A stretch of 64,000 nucleotides of DNA from Octopus vulgaris (Eukaryota): contig OX597831.1 in NCBI GenBank assembly GCA_951406725.2, forward strand, positions 19,778,001 to 19,842,000. Direction: 5' to 3'. Below, piece after piece: positions 41,799 to 55,316 of this stretch; within the stretch, counting starts at the first letter, position 1; every line of letters begins with the position of its first letter. The position numbers were made by a program, and so were the translations under genes. The notes under the pieces are model-generated. The model was not told where the DNA came from. It searched no databases and saw only the letters and a list, made by a program, of their open reading frames with translations.

Positions 41799-42678
41799 CT
41801 AGCATTAAAGACCCGTCGTTGTCGGGTCATAGTTCTTGTGCATGTATATATGTGTATATATGTGTACATATTACATGTACATCTATATATATACATCTAC
41901 ACATAAAATGCAAAATACAAAGTTATATCTTGATATCGCTAGTGATAACAATATTCAAAATATATAACAGACTGGAATTGTTAGCTCTTCTTTTTTCTCT
42001 ACATTGTATACTTTATAGACAATAGTATTTTCTTTAATTTAAGTTTTTATTATCCATCTGGACTATTCCATTTCTGCACGCTAATTATATTTTTAATTTA
42101 TTCCCATTCATGTGAAACCACTTATTCAAGTTCAAATCATTGATGCAATTTTATACCAATTGCTATTTTTACTTTTGTATGTTACGATTATATTATACTT
42201 TAGTTTGATTTTAATTATTACTTACTACATATAATTCAATTGTTATTATTATTTTTATTGTTAAAGTGAAAGCATCTGACATAAAATAGAGAAACGTTTT
42301 TGTTTCACTTTTAACACGTTATACTGAAATAGTGGAGAAGATATGATATTGCTATGGGCTCGCTCTAGGCAAGAAGTTGAATATTTTTTGGCTCATGAAA
42401 CTACATGGGCCCTAAGTAAGGCATGTGTAAAATTTGAATGAAATTGGTTGTGTAGTTCTCCAGTTTTAGGGAATCGTAGTAGAGAAGATATGATATTGCT
42501 GTGGGCTCGCCCAAGGCAAAAAGTTAAAATATTTTGCCGATGACACTCCCCGGACCCTAAGTAAGGCATGTGTAAAATTTGATGGAATTGGTTGTGTAGT
42601 TCTCATGTTTTAGGGAAACACACAGACAGACAGACAGACAGACAGACACACATTCTCAGTTGTATATATATATAAAGA
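41799..42678 (-). mobile_element. Non-autonomous Helitron, copy 2 (internally shorter)
   Basis: TC...hairpin-CTAG termini; near-identical to 39732-40944. Confidence 0.8.
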
Positions 42679-43006
42679 TAGGCGAGCGTGGGAGTGGCAG
42701 TGTGGTAAGTAGCTATCACATGGTTCCGTGTTCAGTCTCACTGCGTGACACCTTGGGCATGTGTCTTCTACTATAGCCTCGTATAGCCTACGTATGTATG
42801 TATTTAAATGTCAAATAATAGTGAAGGCGAATAAGGCAATATTAGCCATACTAATAATGCATCCACGTTAATTAGGATATGTTGCCATTCGTTATTAATA
42901 TTACTTCCCTAGTTAAAGTAATGGCCCAGTGGTTAGGGCAGCGGACTCGCGGTCGGAGGATCGCGGTGTCGATTCCCAGACCGGGCGTTGTGTGTGTTTA
43001 TTGAGC

Positions 43007-43976
43007 GTCGTTTTCCATTCAAACTGCTTCAGTCTTTGGAATGTCATCCTCTCTGTATGTGGCCTAGCATTATGCTGATGGAAGAACACCTTTCGTCTTG
43101 AAACCAGAGAAGGTCGTTTTTTCTTCTAGCGCTGACTTAAGCCGCTGAAGCTGCTCGCAGTCTATCTCCTTTGTTATCGTTTGGTTTGGGCTTAAAAGTT
43201 CAAAGTGAACTAAACCTTTCATATCCCACCAAACAAATAACAATACCTTACGTGGGTGAAGATCTTCGTTAACTAAGGGTGCCGATGTTTCTCCTTTCCC
43301 AACCCACTGTCTTCGGTGCTTAGCATTTTTATAGAGAACCCATTTCTCGTAACCATTTGGTCCAAAAATCGTTCATTTGTGAGATGTGACAGCAAAGAAG
43401 AGCGCACATTCACTCTCTGCGCGCAGTTAGACTCGGAAAGCTTATGAGGAACTCAATGAACCAATTTGCTGGCTTTTCCGATGGCACGCAGGTGTCGATG
43501 AATTGTTGAACGAATAAATCCAAGTTTTTCTGCTAGTTCCTCAACAGTTACGATAGGATTTTGCTCCACCGCGGTTTGCAGGACATCCTCGTCAAGCTCT
43601 ACAGATCTTCCAGGATGAGAGTCGTCTGGTAGGCTGTAGTTTCAGGCTCGGAATTTCTAGATCCACTTTTGACACAGGCTTATGCTTATTGTCCGAACTC
43701 CATACACTGCATTAATATTCCTCGCACTTTCCGTTGCCTCGTTGCCATTATTGAACTCATAAAGCAAAATATGCCGAATATGCTCCTTTGTCACTTCCAT
43801 TATAGTTTTGAAAAAATAACTGTTAAAATCGCACTCTTCAAAACTTGCTCTAAGAATAAGCTCATGGAAAAACTACTACCTCCTTTTATAGCGAGTTGAT
43901 GCAGGTAATTTATCCCGTCCACCTCCGGCTTTTAGTTCATGCAAATAAAAAACCGCTAATTTATGGTATGACCCAA
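43007..43976 (-). mobile_element. Decayed mariner (Mos1/SETMAR-type) transposase
   Basis: LHPRKVLLFVWWDMKG, FFHQHNARPH, EKWVLY remnants; TIR-like end near 43955-43976. Confidence 0.85.
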
Positions 43977-44048
43977 TGTGTGTGTATGTGTGTATTTGTG
44001 CACGCACGCGCCGGTGTGTGTGTGGCATAAATATATGTATGTTATGAT

Positions 44049-44142
<94 letters not shown>

Positions 44143-44389
44143 CGGTGTTTCAACAGGTTTGTCTCGTCAGGCTCTGAGTCTAAGCCAAGATACTAGCTTT
44201 GATTAAATTTTCGACGAGCGAATTCTTTGCTGATCGATGCTTATATCTGCCAAAAATAGGTCTGAAAAAATGTGTTCTTTCCACCATGTGCAGTGAGCTG
44301 AGAAACGGATTTTATGTATTTGTTTTTAAGACGTCTTGGCAAATTTTTTTTATATTTGCGTCTATATTATCAAATTTTAATATTTTTAT

Positions 44390-45185
44390 GCAAGAATCGT
44401 TAGCAGAATCGTTAGCACGCCGGGTGAAATGCTTGGCGGTATTTCGTCTGCGGTTACGTTCTGAGTTCAAATTCCGCCGAGGTCAACTTTGCCTTTCATC
44501 TTTTCATCGATTAAATAAGTACCAGTTACGCACTGGGGACAATGTAATCGACTTAATCCGTCTGTCTGTTCTTGTTTGTCCTCTCTGTGTTTAGCCCCTT
44601 GTGGGCAGTGAAGAAATAGGTATTTCGTCTGTCTTTACGTTGTGAGTTCAAATTCTGCCGAGGTCGACATTACCTTCCGTCCTTTCGGGGTTGATTAAAT
44701 AAGTACCATTATGCACTGGGGTCAATATAATCGACTCAATCCGTTTGTCTGTCCTTGTTTGTCCCCTTGTGAGCAATAAAGAAATGAGAAACGTTAGCAC
44801 GCCGGGCGACATGCTTAGCAGTATTTCGTCTGTCTATTTGTCCTAAGTTCAAATTCCGCTGAGGTCGACAAATTAAGTACCAGTTGCGTACTGGGGTCGA
44901 TCTTATCGACTAGCCTCCTCCCCGGAAATCTTGGGCTTTGTGCCTTGAGTTGAAAAGAATATTTTTACACAAGTTAAGATGTTGACCTGGTATATCCGTT
45001 TACACACCAGGCAACTGCTTAGCGGCATTTGGTAAGTCTTTACTTTCTGAGTTCAAATTCCGATTTTGCTTTTCATCCTTTTGGGGGTCGATAAAAGAGT
45101 ACGAGTTAACCACTGGAGGTCGATGCAATTGACTCACCCCTTCCCTCGAAATTGCAGGCCTTGTTCCAAAATTTGAAACCAATAT
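44390..45185 (+). mobile_element. Cluster of ~4 tandem Nin/Deu-like-core SINE units
   Basis: Repeated gtatttcgtctg..gagttcaaattccgccgaggtc..aagtaccag blocks. Confidence 0.8.
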
Positions 45186-46344
45186 TTTTACACAAGTTCT
45201 AATCATTCGTGCATTTTTGCTTTTCATCTGATTTCTTTTACATGAAAAGTAAAACTGGGTTCGATTCCTCAGGGTCATGGGGCCGTATACCCAGTTTCCA
45301 TGGCAACATATAAGTACTTGAGATCACAACACTATCCCCTGAACAAAATGCCAATTCGTTGTTGGACTATTCATTTACCGAATAGACATCAGTAAAAGAA
45401 AATTAAGTATTTTTCTCAAGGACACAACGCCCGCTCCGTGAATCGAAACTACAATCTGGTGATCGTGAGTGCAACGCCTTAACCACTGAGCCACGCGCTC
45501 TCCAGCTTTCATATAGCGGTAATATCGGATCAGAATTTTGGCTCGTGAGGATGGTGAATTAAGTTGATTACATCGACCCTACTGTTTTACTGGTACTGAT
45601 CTGGTAGTTACAAGTTCTCGAAATTGGTAGATTAGAAATCGTCGGCCTAATATTCATATTATCGATATCTAAATAGAAATTCAAAGTCACACTTAATATG
45701 ATTTAAACTCGTAAGCTAAAGCTTTGCAAATAAATTCCTTAACGATCATTAAACAAAATCCGACTCAGCCAATCCATAAAAAAATCGTACAACAGACATA
45801 TCGACTTTTTGAATAGGCACAACGCTTCATTTACCGCGCATGGATTCGATCTCAGAACGTACGGAGTCCTAACAGTGAAACTTATTTTACTGGTCACATT
45901 ATCACTTCAACCAATCCGCTATCAGCAATTTTTTATGACTGTCCTATCAGCTGTGTAGGGTTGGGTCACAAGAAGTTAAAACAGTTTTATAACGCATTAT
46001 ATTCCATATAGACGCAGATTACAATCTGGTTGCTTTCCTAATTGCTTAAAATCGGAAACTCTTCTCATCTAGAATATCGTGTTGCAATTCTATTTACGGT
46101 AAACTCTTCCACAACTACTTTGGTCGCTACTTATTTAATTTTTTCTTTTTTTTTTTTTCGTTTTTATCTTTCCTTTGCAATGGTGATACTGAACTGCTTT
46201 AACCCTTCGCCGGCCAGTGGAACTGGAATTACACAAAAGGCTATTGAGGTTCCCTTTTTTTCTTCTTTTTGCGCATTTTCGTACTATCCATAAAGTAATA
46301 TTTGTTTAATCCTGTATATATGTTATTTCATTATTGTCCACGAG

Positions 46345-46860
46345 AGGCTAAACATAGAGGGGACAAACAAGGACAGACAAAGGTATTAAGTCGATTACAT
46401 CGACCCCAGTGCGTAACTGGTACTTAATTTATCGACCCCGAAAGAATGAAAGGCAAAGTGGGCCTCGGCGGAATTTGAACTCACAACGTAAAGACAGACG
46501 AAGCTTGCTTGTCAATCACACGGTTCCGGTTTCAGTCCCATTGCGTGGCAGCTTGGGCAAGTGTCTTCTACTATAACCTCGAGCTGACCAAAGCCTTATG
46601 AGTGAATTTGGTAGACGGAAAGTAAAAAAAAACCCGTCGTATATATATATGTGTGTGTGTGTGTATACATTTATGTGCGTGTGTCTGTATTTGTGCTCCC
46701 ACCATCGCTAGACAACCGATGCTGGTGTGTTTACGTCCCCACAACTGAGCAGTACGGCAAAAGAAACCGATAAAATAAGTCCTAGGCCCACAATAACATA
46801 AGTCCTGGAGTTGATCTGTTCGACTAAAAAAGCCTTAAAGGTGGTGCCCCAGCATGACCA
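46345..46860. mobile_element. Back-to-back SINEs (Nin/Deu-like on minus, dominant family on plus)
   Basis: Junction at ~46501. Confidence 0.8.
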
Positions 46861-46902
46861 TATACATACATACATATATATATGTATGTATGTATGTATA
46901 TA

Positions 46903-46974
<72 letters not shown>

Positions 46975-47009
46975 AAAGTGTAAGTACGCCGCTATATTTT
47001 ATATGTGAA

Positions 47010-47890
47010 AAATACAAAAATGGAACAAGAACGCAAAATATCCAGACGGTTAGGTGATTCAAATAAAGGGACAACAAAACATCCAGTTAGACGATGCAAA
47101 GAAAGCAAGTATACACACACACACACATATATATATTCGGAGTTTCTATCCTCAGTCAAGTTCCAGATTATCTTTGCAGTTTCGGCTGGTTATAACATTA
47201 GATTCATTGGAAGAAAGCAGCGAATATATACGAAAACAAGGACGAAAAAATGGAGACATGTTACTCAAATACAAATGCAAAACAACCATTGCCTTTCGAC
47301 TAAGGACGAATTAAATTAAGTTGGCGTGAGTGGAAGTAAAGCCTTACGGCAGGGATATAAGATTCAACAGGCAGGGAAGAACATAGATGTTGCACGGAAA
47401 GTAGTCGAACCAGGGAAGAAAGGTCAGGCCTGGCCGAACATCGGTCACGTGAGAAGAGAAGAGAGAGAGGTAGAAGCAAAGGGATAGAAGAATTAAGGAG
47501 GGGCGAGAAAAAATTAAAGCGCCTGCGCCTGTTAAACCTAAGATCTCTGCCGTAAGGCTTTACTTCCACACACGCCAGCTCAATTTAATTCGTCCTTAGT
47601 CGAAAGACACCTGTTGTTATGTCCTGTTAATTGCATTTGTATTTATGTAACACTTATCTGGAGAGAGGTACCGTCCTTGTTTTCGTATACATTCGCTCCT
47701 TCCTTCCAAGGACTATAATGCTCCTAACTTAGTTGGGGCTGGCCAGATTGGAGCAATCTGGAGTATAACCAGCCGAAATTGCAAAGATAATCTGGAACTC
47801 GACTGAGGGTAGAAAACTCCAAATGACCTGTCCTTGTTTTCTTTGTATCATCCATCTGGAGGTTTTGCGTTCTTGTCCCATTCTTGTATT
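47010..47890. repeat. Diverged fold-back element (two inverted copies of one repeat)
   Basis: 47293-47380 inverted to 47527-47606; 47010-47200 inverted to 47760-47890. Confidence 0.75.
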
Positions 47891-47922
47891 TTATATATAT
47901 ATGTATATATATACACATATAT

Positions 47923-47954
<32 letters not shown>

Positions 47955-47959
47955 GCATA

Positions 47960-47995
<36 letters not shown>

Positions 47996-48067
47996 TGTAT
48001 GTATGTATGTATGTATGTATGTATGTATGTATGTATGTATGTGTGTATGTATGCATGTATGCATGTA

Positions 48068-48114
<47 letters not shown>

Positions 48115-48169
48115 GTATATATATGTATGTATCTATGTATGTATATATATATATTCTTTTATTCTTTCT

Positions 48170-48525
48170 GGCTGTGGCCATGCTGGAGCACCACCTTTAG
48201 TCGAGCAACTCGACCCCAGGACTTATTCTTTGTGAGCCTAGTACTTACTCTATCGGTCTGTTTTGCCGAACGGCTAAGTTACGGGGACGTAAACACACCA
48301 CCGTCGGTTGTCATGCGAGGTTGGCGGGGACAAACATACACACATACATATATATATATACATATATACGACGGGTTTCCTTCAGATTCCATCATTCAAA
48401 TCCACTCACAAGGCCTTGGTTGGCCCGAAAATATAGTGGAAGACACTTGCCCAAGGTGCCACGCAGTAGGACTGAACCGAGAACCATGTGGCTGGTAAGC
48501 AAGCTACTTACTACACAGCCACTCC
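48170..48525 (-). mobile_element. Dominant SINE
   Basis: Consensus head and tail. Confidence 0.85.
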
Positions 48526-48536
48526 TACACCAATAA

Positions 48537-48592
<56 letters not shown>

Positions 48593-48737
48593 AATAATAA
48601 TTTAGGGTATCTAAGAAATACCATCACGTTGGAAATAGCCGCCAAAACTTGACTCTAAAACCACATTCAATGTTCATACACCACCAGGAGAGAAGACAAA
48701 AAGACAAAATAAAGTAGCAAAAAAAAATTACTGGATA

Positions 48738-48796
48738 ATTCCAGATCCCGGATTTCTGGTTCAGCATAAGAAATGCCCTGCCTTCATCAGGGGAAT
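48738..48796 (-). ncRNA. Hammerhead motif (AUC site)
   Basis: attccc-CTGATGA-stem II-GAAAtccgggaTC-tggaat; one mismatch at the base of stem I. Confidence 0.65.
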
Positions 48797-48900
48797 ATAC
48801 TCAGATAGCACATAAATACAAATATTAATATAATCAACATGCGATATACTTACATATTTATGCCCTTATGCACACGACCAGTTTATATTATATGTTAAAT

Positions 48901-48939
<39 letters not shown>

Positions 48940-48942
<3 letters not shown>

Positions 48943-50335
48943 CAACAATTGAGGGTAAAATTAATTAATTATTAATCAATTTCACCAAGTGTTCAGTATG
49001 CAAAGGGACCATTTAAGGCGAATTCAAATTATTACATTATATAAAAGGGCTTAGTAAAATAAATTACTTTGCCGCATACTGAACTCATTAGAAATAGCAG
49101 CTAAAAAACTTTTTTAAAGCTATTTCTAATACTTAAAGAAAATCTCTCTCATGTAGTGTTTGCTTAACTCAACTCACGAAAGTTTGGGGGTAAGGACATC
49201 AAAAAATCAAATGCAAAGGTTATTTGAGAACGTACGTTTCAAGATTAGTCAAAACAACACTTCTATCATCAGCTCAGAAACTCCTTGGTTTGGATTTGAA
49301 AACACTGAAAGTAAGAACATACCTTTTCGGCTTCTCATCGCTTTCGAGATCCGCTCGTAACTAACAGTGCCAACAAACCCAAATAAGCAAGCGAAGAATT
49401 TCTGTCCTCCCCTTTCCACCAGCGTGGGTTAAAATCATCAAACACTATGCTTATTTCGGTAAAATCCGAAGCATTAATTAGAGGGAGATTAATTATAATT
49501 TCAACAATTGAGGGTAAAATTAATTAATTATTAATCAATTTCACCAAGTGTTCAGTATGCAAAGGGACCATTTAAGGCGAATTCAAATTATTACATTATA
49601 TAAAAGGGCTTAGTAAAATAAATTACTTTGCCGCATACTAAACTCATTAGAAATAGCAGCTAAAAACTTTTTTAAAGCTATTTCTAATACTTAAAGAAAA
49701 TCTCTCTCATATATAGTGTTTGCTTAATTCAACTCACAAAAGTTTGGGGGTAAGGACATAAAAAAATCAAATGCTAAGGTTATTTGAGAACGTACGTTTC
49801 AAGATTAGTCAAAACAACACTTCTATCATCAGCTCAGAAACTCCTTGGTTTGGATTTGAAAACACTGAAAGTAAGAGCATACCTTTTCGGCTTCTCATCG
49901 CTTTCGAAGATCTGCTCGTAAGCTATTTCTAATGAGTTCAGTATGCGGCAAAGTAATTTATTTTACTAAGCCCTTTTATATAATGTAATAATTTGAATTC
50001 GCCTTAAATGGTCCCTTTGCATACTGAACACTTGGTGAAATTGATTAATAATTAATTAATTTTACCCTCAATTGTTGAAATTATAATTAATCTCCCTCTA
50101 ATTAATGCTTCGGATTTTACCGAAATAAGCATAGTGTTTGATGATTTTAACCTTTGCATTTGATTTTTTGATGTCCTTACCCCCAAACTTTCGTGAGTTG
50201 AGTTAAGCAAACACTACATGAGAGAGATTTTCTTTAAGTATTAGAAATAGCTTTAAAAAAGTTTTTTAGCTGCTATTTCTAATGAGTTCAGTATGCGGCA
50301 AAGTAATTTATTTTACTAAGCCCTTTTATATAATA
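48940..50335 (-). mobile_element. Retrozyme-like tandem (560-bp unit, ~1.75 copies) plus inverted segments
   Basis: Units start 48940 and 49499; identical hammerheads at 49225-49276 and 49785-49836; inverted copies 49921-50335. Confidence 0.85.
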
Positions 50336-50349
50336 TATATATATATATA

Positions 50350-51271
50350 GTGTTGCATATTTGCCATTTGAATATGGCTAACCCATAAGGGTGGATGCTA
50401 CTGTAGTTTGTAGCCCCAGGAAGATATCTCCTCCAGCTGGCTATAGACACACTATCTGTGTCCTGTCAGTATTTGTGAAGGGGAGTCATCCTCCCCGTCT
50501 TCAACACATGATACACACGTACCCGAGTTTCAAGGTGTTTACCTTTCATCAACGTGTGACAATCATGGTTGTCGATGAGAAGTCAGATCCCTTCACAAAT
50601 ACATATACTTTTTCCAGTGTCGATCTGACACTGATGTTGAAAAAGTGAAATCAAACAATGATAAATCTCAGAGCGAGTTATAAACAGTAGCGGTAACACA
50701 TCGTGACGCATATTTGCCATTTGAATATGGCTAACCCATAAGGGTGGATGCTACTGTAGTTTGTAGCCTCAGGAAGATATCTCCTCCAGCTGGCTATAGA
50801 CACACTATCTCTGTCCTGTCAGTATTTGTGAAGGGGAGTCATCCATATTCAAATGGCAAATATGCAACACGATGTGTTACCGCTACTGTTTATAACTCGC
50901 TCTGAGATTTATCATTGTTTGATTTCACTTTTCCAATATCAGTGTCAGCCGACACTGGAAAAAGTATATGTATTTGTGAAGGGAGCTGACTTCTCATCGA
51001 CAACCATGATTGTCACACGCTGATGAAAGGTAAACACCTTGAAACTCGGGTACGTGTGTATCATGTGTTGAAGACGGGGAGGATGACTCCCCTTCACAAA
51101 TACTGACAGGACACAGATAGTGTGTCTATAGCCAGCTGGAGGAGATATCTTGCTGGGGCTACAAACTACAGTAGCATCCACTCTTATGGGTTAGCCATAT
51201 TCAAATGGCAAATATGCAACACGATGTGTTACCGCTACTGTTTATATCTCGCTCTGAGATTTATCATTGTT
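50350..51271. mobile_element. Retrozyme-like 353-bp unit, tandem plus inverted
   Basis: Units at 50355/50708, inverted at ~50843/51195; hammerhead 51014-51058(+) and C3U copy 50514-50558(-). Confidence 0.85.
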
Positions 51272-51281
51272 ATATATATAT

Positions 51282-53339
51282 GTTAGTTAGTTATTTAGTT
51301 AGTTAATTTGGCTCAAAAGCAAATAGCAAGGCCATGTAGGGGGGACATGGAGTTAAGTACAGGGTGGTGTTCATGTAAAGAGTTCAGGCCACTTGAGGTC
51401 CAGGGAGGCTTTGAACAAAGCGGTCGTCGGCATCTTCACCATCTCGTCTGGCAGCTTGTTCCACGGATCCGCAACCCGGACGGAGAAAGCCCCTCTCCTT
51501 CGATTGAGATGAAATCGTCGCAGGTAGAGCTTTTCGGAATGACCCCGCAGCCGACGCTCTGGAGCAGGAGTGAAGAACAGCTCTTTCGAGAGGTTACACT
51601 TTCCGCTTATGATGTTGTGGGCGAGAATGAAATCACCACGGCGGCGGCGTTTTTCAAGAGAATAAAGGTCGAGCGTCCTCAGCCTTTCTTCGTAGGACAA
51701 ATTTTTGAGACCATGAACCATGCGGGTAGCCAGCTTCTGGACTCTTTCGAGATGCTGTATGTCTTTGAGGAGATAAGGAGAAGAGGCTTGAATCCCATAC
51801 TCCAATATTGGTCTCACCAGCGTGACATAGAGTGGTAGGAATATGGCTACTGTGAGCATTCCGAATGACCGTCGAATCAAGAACAGAATTCCGCGTGCTT
51901 TGTTGGCAGCATGGACGCACTGGGCCGAAGGCGAAAAGGAGGAATCCACCAAGATACCCAGGTCCTTTACCTGATCGGTCCTCTCCAGCAGCAGACGACC
52001 CGGCTCGAAATCAAGTTGAGTTGCAGGAGTAGAGCCGACAGGCAGATGACAGCACTTTGACACGTTCAGACACAGGTCCCAATCGTTAGACCACTTCCAA
52101 ATTTGGTGGAGGCATCGACGAAGATCCTCTATATTACCGCGAGGAGCGACCAGTTTGATATCGTCGGCAAATAGAAGGGTGTGTTGCGTGAGGTCGTCGG
52201 GCAAGTCATTTATGAAGACTAAGAACAACAAGGGCCCAAGCACTGAACCTTGAGGCACGCCACTGCTCGCACTGGAGACGTCGGACCGCGAACCATTAAC
52301 TTGGACTTGGAAGGAGCGATCTGAGAGGAAGGCACCAACCCATCGTATAATATCCGGATGGAAACTATATGCTTGAAGCTTGACAAGTAATAGGCGGTGG
52401 TTTACCGAGTCAAAAGCTTTGGCAAAGTCCAATAAAACGATGTCAACAGCATCACTATCATCGAGGATGCGCGTCACCAATTCTTCCATTACTAGTAAGT
52501 TGGTCAAGCATGATCTCTTCGGCACGAAGCCGTGTTGGGAATCAGAGATAGAGGCTGTGTTTAGGAGGTGGAGCATCATACTTTTCTTAAGGATGGTTTC
52601 GAACATCTTGCTGATTATTGATGTAAGGGAAACCGGTCGGTAGTTAAGCGGGTCTTCGCGGCTCCCTTTCTTGAAAATTGGGCAGATTATCGCTGTTCTC
52701 CAGTCTGCAGGTATATCACCCGTTGCCAATGACATATTGAATAGTCGTGTTAAGGGCTCGCAGATGACCGGAGCCAACGCTTTGATAACCCGTGGGTGTA
52801 TGCCGTCAGGGCCGTGACCCTTGTTGACATCGAGGCCTTGAATAACACGTTTGACTTCGTCCCTCGTGATGACCAATCGAAGCATTGGAGGTACCGATCT
52901 ATCAAATGGAGGGGGTTCACGACCATCATCTTGTTTGAAAATAGTTGAAAAAGCCTCGGCAAATAATTGGCTCTGTTGATAAGGGTCCTCAATCGATACG
53001 CCTGTTGAGTCTACCAACGTTGCAATCTGGTTGTTCAAGCGGGAATTCCGCTGGACATGGGCAAATAAAGGTTTTTGGATTGCTACTGGCATTTGCCGCG
53101 ATTTTGTATTCATAACTGAAGCGTTCTTTCTTTTCAATTTTCACGACTCGGTCTCGTTGAGTTTTGTACACCTCAAAAGCTGCAGTCGAATCCAGACTTT
53201 TGAATTCAGCCCAAGCAATATCTCTGAGTCGACGTTCTCGTTTAACCTTCTTCGTCACCCAGGGCTTGTGTTTCTTCTTCTTGGGAAGCCCAACGGGAAC
53301 TGCCTGGTCAGTCAAACAGATTACATATGCTTTGAGGGA
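51282..53339 (-). mobile_element. 5'-truncated CR1-group LINE (RT domain), one frameshift near 53070
   Basis: KPWVT, GPDGIHP, YRPVSLTS, LDFAKAFD, GVPQGSVLGP, FADD, LEKRRRRGD; (TAAC)n tail. Confidence 0.93.
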
Positions 53340-53382
53340 TGACATATATATATATATGTGTGTGCGTGTGTGTGTATGTATG

Positions 53383-53449
<67 letters not shown>

Positions 53450-53598
53450 ATATATATATATGTATATATATAGAGAGTGATATGTATGCATATATATATA
53501 CATACATATATGTATGTATGTCTGCATGCATGTATGTATGAATATATATATGTATATATATGTGTGTGCATATATATATATATATATACAAATATATG

Positions 53599-53643
<45 letters not shown>

Positions 53644-54930
53644 GTGTGTGTGTGTATGTATATATATATTTTTTTAATATATTTATTGATCATATAAGAT
53701 TTTTAGAATATATTTAATAATTAGTGGTTTTTAATCATTTAAATTAATTTATTTTGTATTAAGTATTATTTATCATAGTTATTTTATTAATAAATATAAT
53801 AGTATAGAGAGATTTTATTCTTTTTTTGTGACTTCATTCTATTTACACTGATAAACCATTAATATTCCCATTCACAATCTCATTGATAAAGCGTATGTTC
53901 CTCACGCTTAATGAATTCTTCGACAATTTATTCTTTTTTTGCTAATAACGTAATACCACGAGTATTCTTATAAACGCTGTAAAGACGTTTTCCGATTCAA
54001 AATTTTAGTTCATTACTAAACCTCGCTAAGATAAGTATTTATTTATATTTAAGATCTTCAAATTGTAAATTTTAATATTGTATAAGTCTTTGGTGTAATA
54101 ATATTTTCCTTATGTAAATATCGTTGTTTATGTAATGATCTAATTATCGTAATTTTCTATATTATTAGATATTAAATTTAAGTTTAATCGTAAGATACTA
54201 CTTAGCGATAGATTTGTTGTTTGATAGCAAGTATACGAGGTGTATAAAGTTAGGCTTTTGTATATACATGTTTTAAATTTCTTATAATTATATTAGATAA
54301 ACTTTGATAAACTTAGATATGTTTCGACTAAAGATTGGTCCAGGCCATGTCTAATTCAATAGCATAACTTAGTTATTGTTTTTTTAAATTGATATTCGCT
54401 AGTTATTCCCATTGATAATTATATTTATAGTATTTATAGTATTTATTCGATACTATATTACTACGAATTGATTATTTCTATAAGTATTTTACATAAGATT
54501 TCCGAAAGTTCGTTTAAGTTTGTTTATTTGTATTTTGAAATTAGCTATTTCATCTTTAAATATGAAAAATTAATTTATTAGTTTTTTATTATATGTGCAT
54601 ATATATTTATTTATAGAGATTATTTTAGATCTTAATTATAATATTTATATACATTTATATATTTTCATTGATAATTTATATATAATAGTCATTTTTAAAT
54701 ATTTATGTAATTAGATATAGATTAATACCAATATTAGATTATTGGTGGGTTTCCTACCTTATAAATTAAAATTAATATTTAACATTATAGTCGATTTTGA
54801 TATAATCATAATTGTTAAGTTTTATCTTTCTAGTTTGATAATAGAGTTTATTATAAGTAAAATTATTATATTATTTATATCTTAAAAATATTGTTTAAAT
54901 ATTTCTGATTATTTTTTAGATATTTCATTT

Positions 54931-55024
54931 AACCTGAAGATTGACTGTAGCCATAACTCGAATTATTAATTGAATTTAAATTATTGTTATTCGAATTGTA
55001 CAGCCATGAAACGATCGTATTGTT
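54931..55024 (+). ncRNA. Hammerhead motif, long stem II, weak stem I
   Basis: CTGAAGA-ttgactgta...tacagccat-GAAAcgatcgTA. Confidence 0.6.
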
Positions 55025-55251
55025 TTACTCTTTATCTTTTATTAAACTTTTAATACTTTTGATATATATTTAAAATAATATAAATTAAATTAATTTTAGG
55101 TATTGGCTTAGGATTTTCATTGTTTGATTTGCCTAATAGTGGTTTTATCTCTAATTTAATATAATATAATATAATATATTTATACTATAAAATTGAATTT
55201 AATCCTAAATCTGATTTTTCCCTGTAAGTTTGGATTTATTCCCTAATATTT

Positions 55252-55316
<65 letters not shown>

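Noticed and set aside
44141-44176. CTGACGA-gaca-aacc-tgtt-GAAACaccGTA (minus)
   Set aside because: The 3' arm of stem I is absent (microsatellite follows) and the sequence also resembles a Tc1/mariner TIR start
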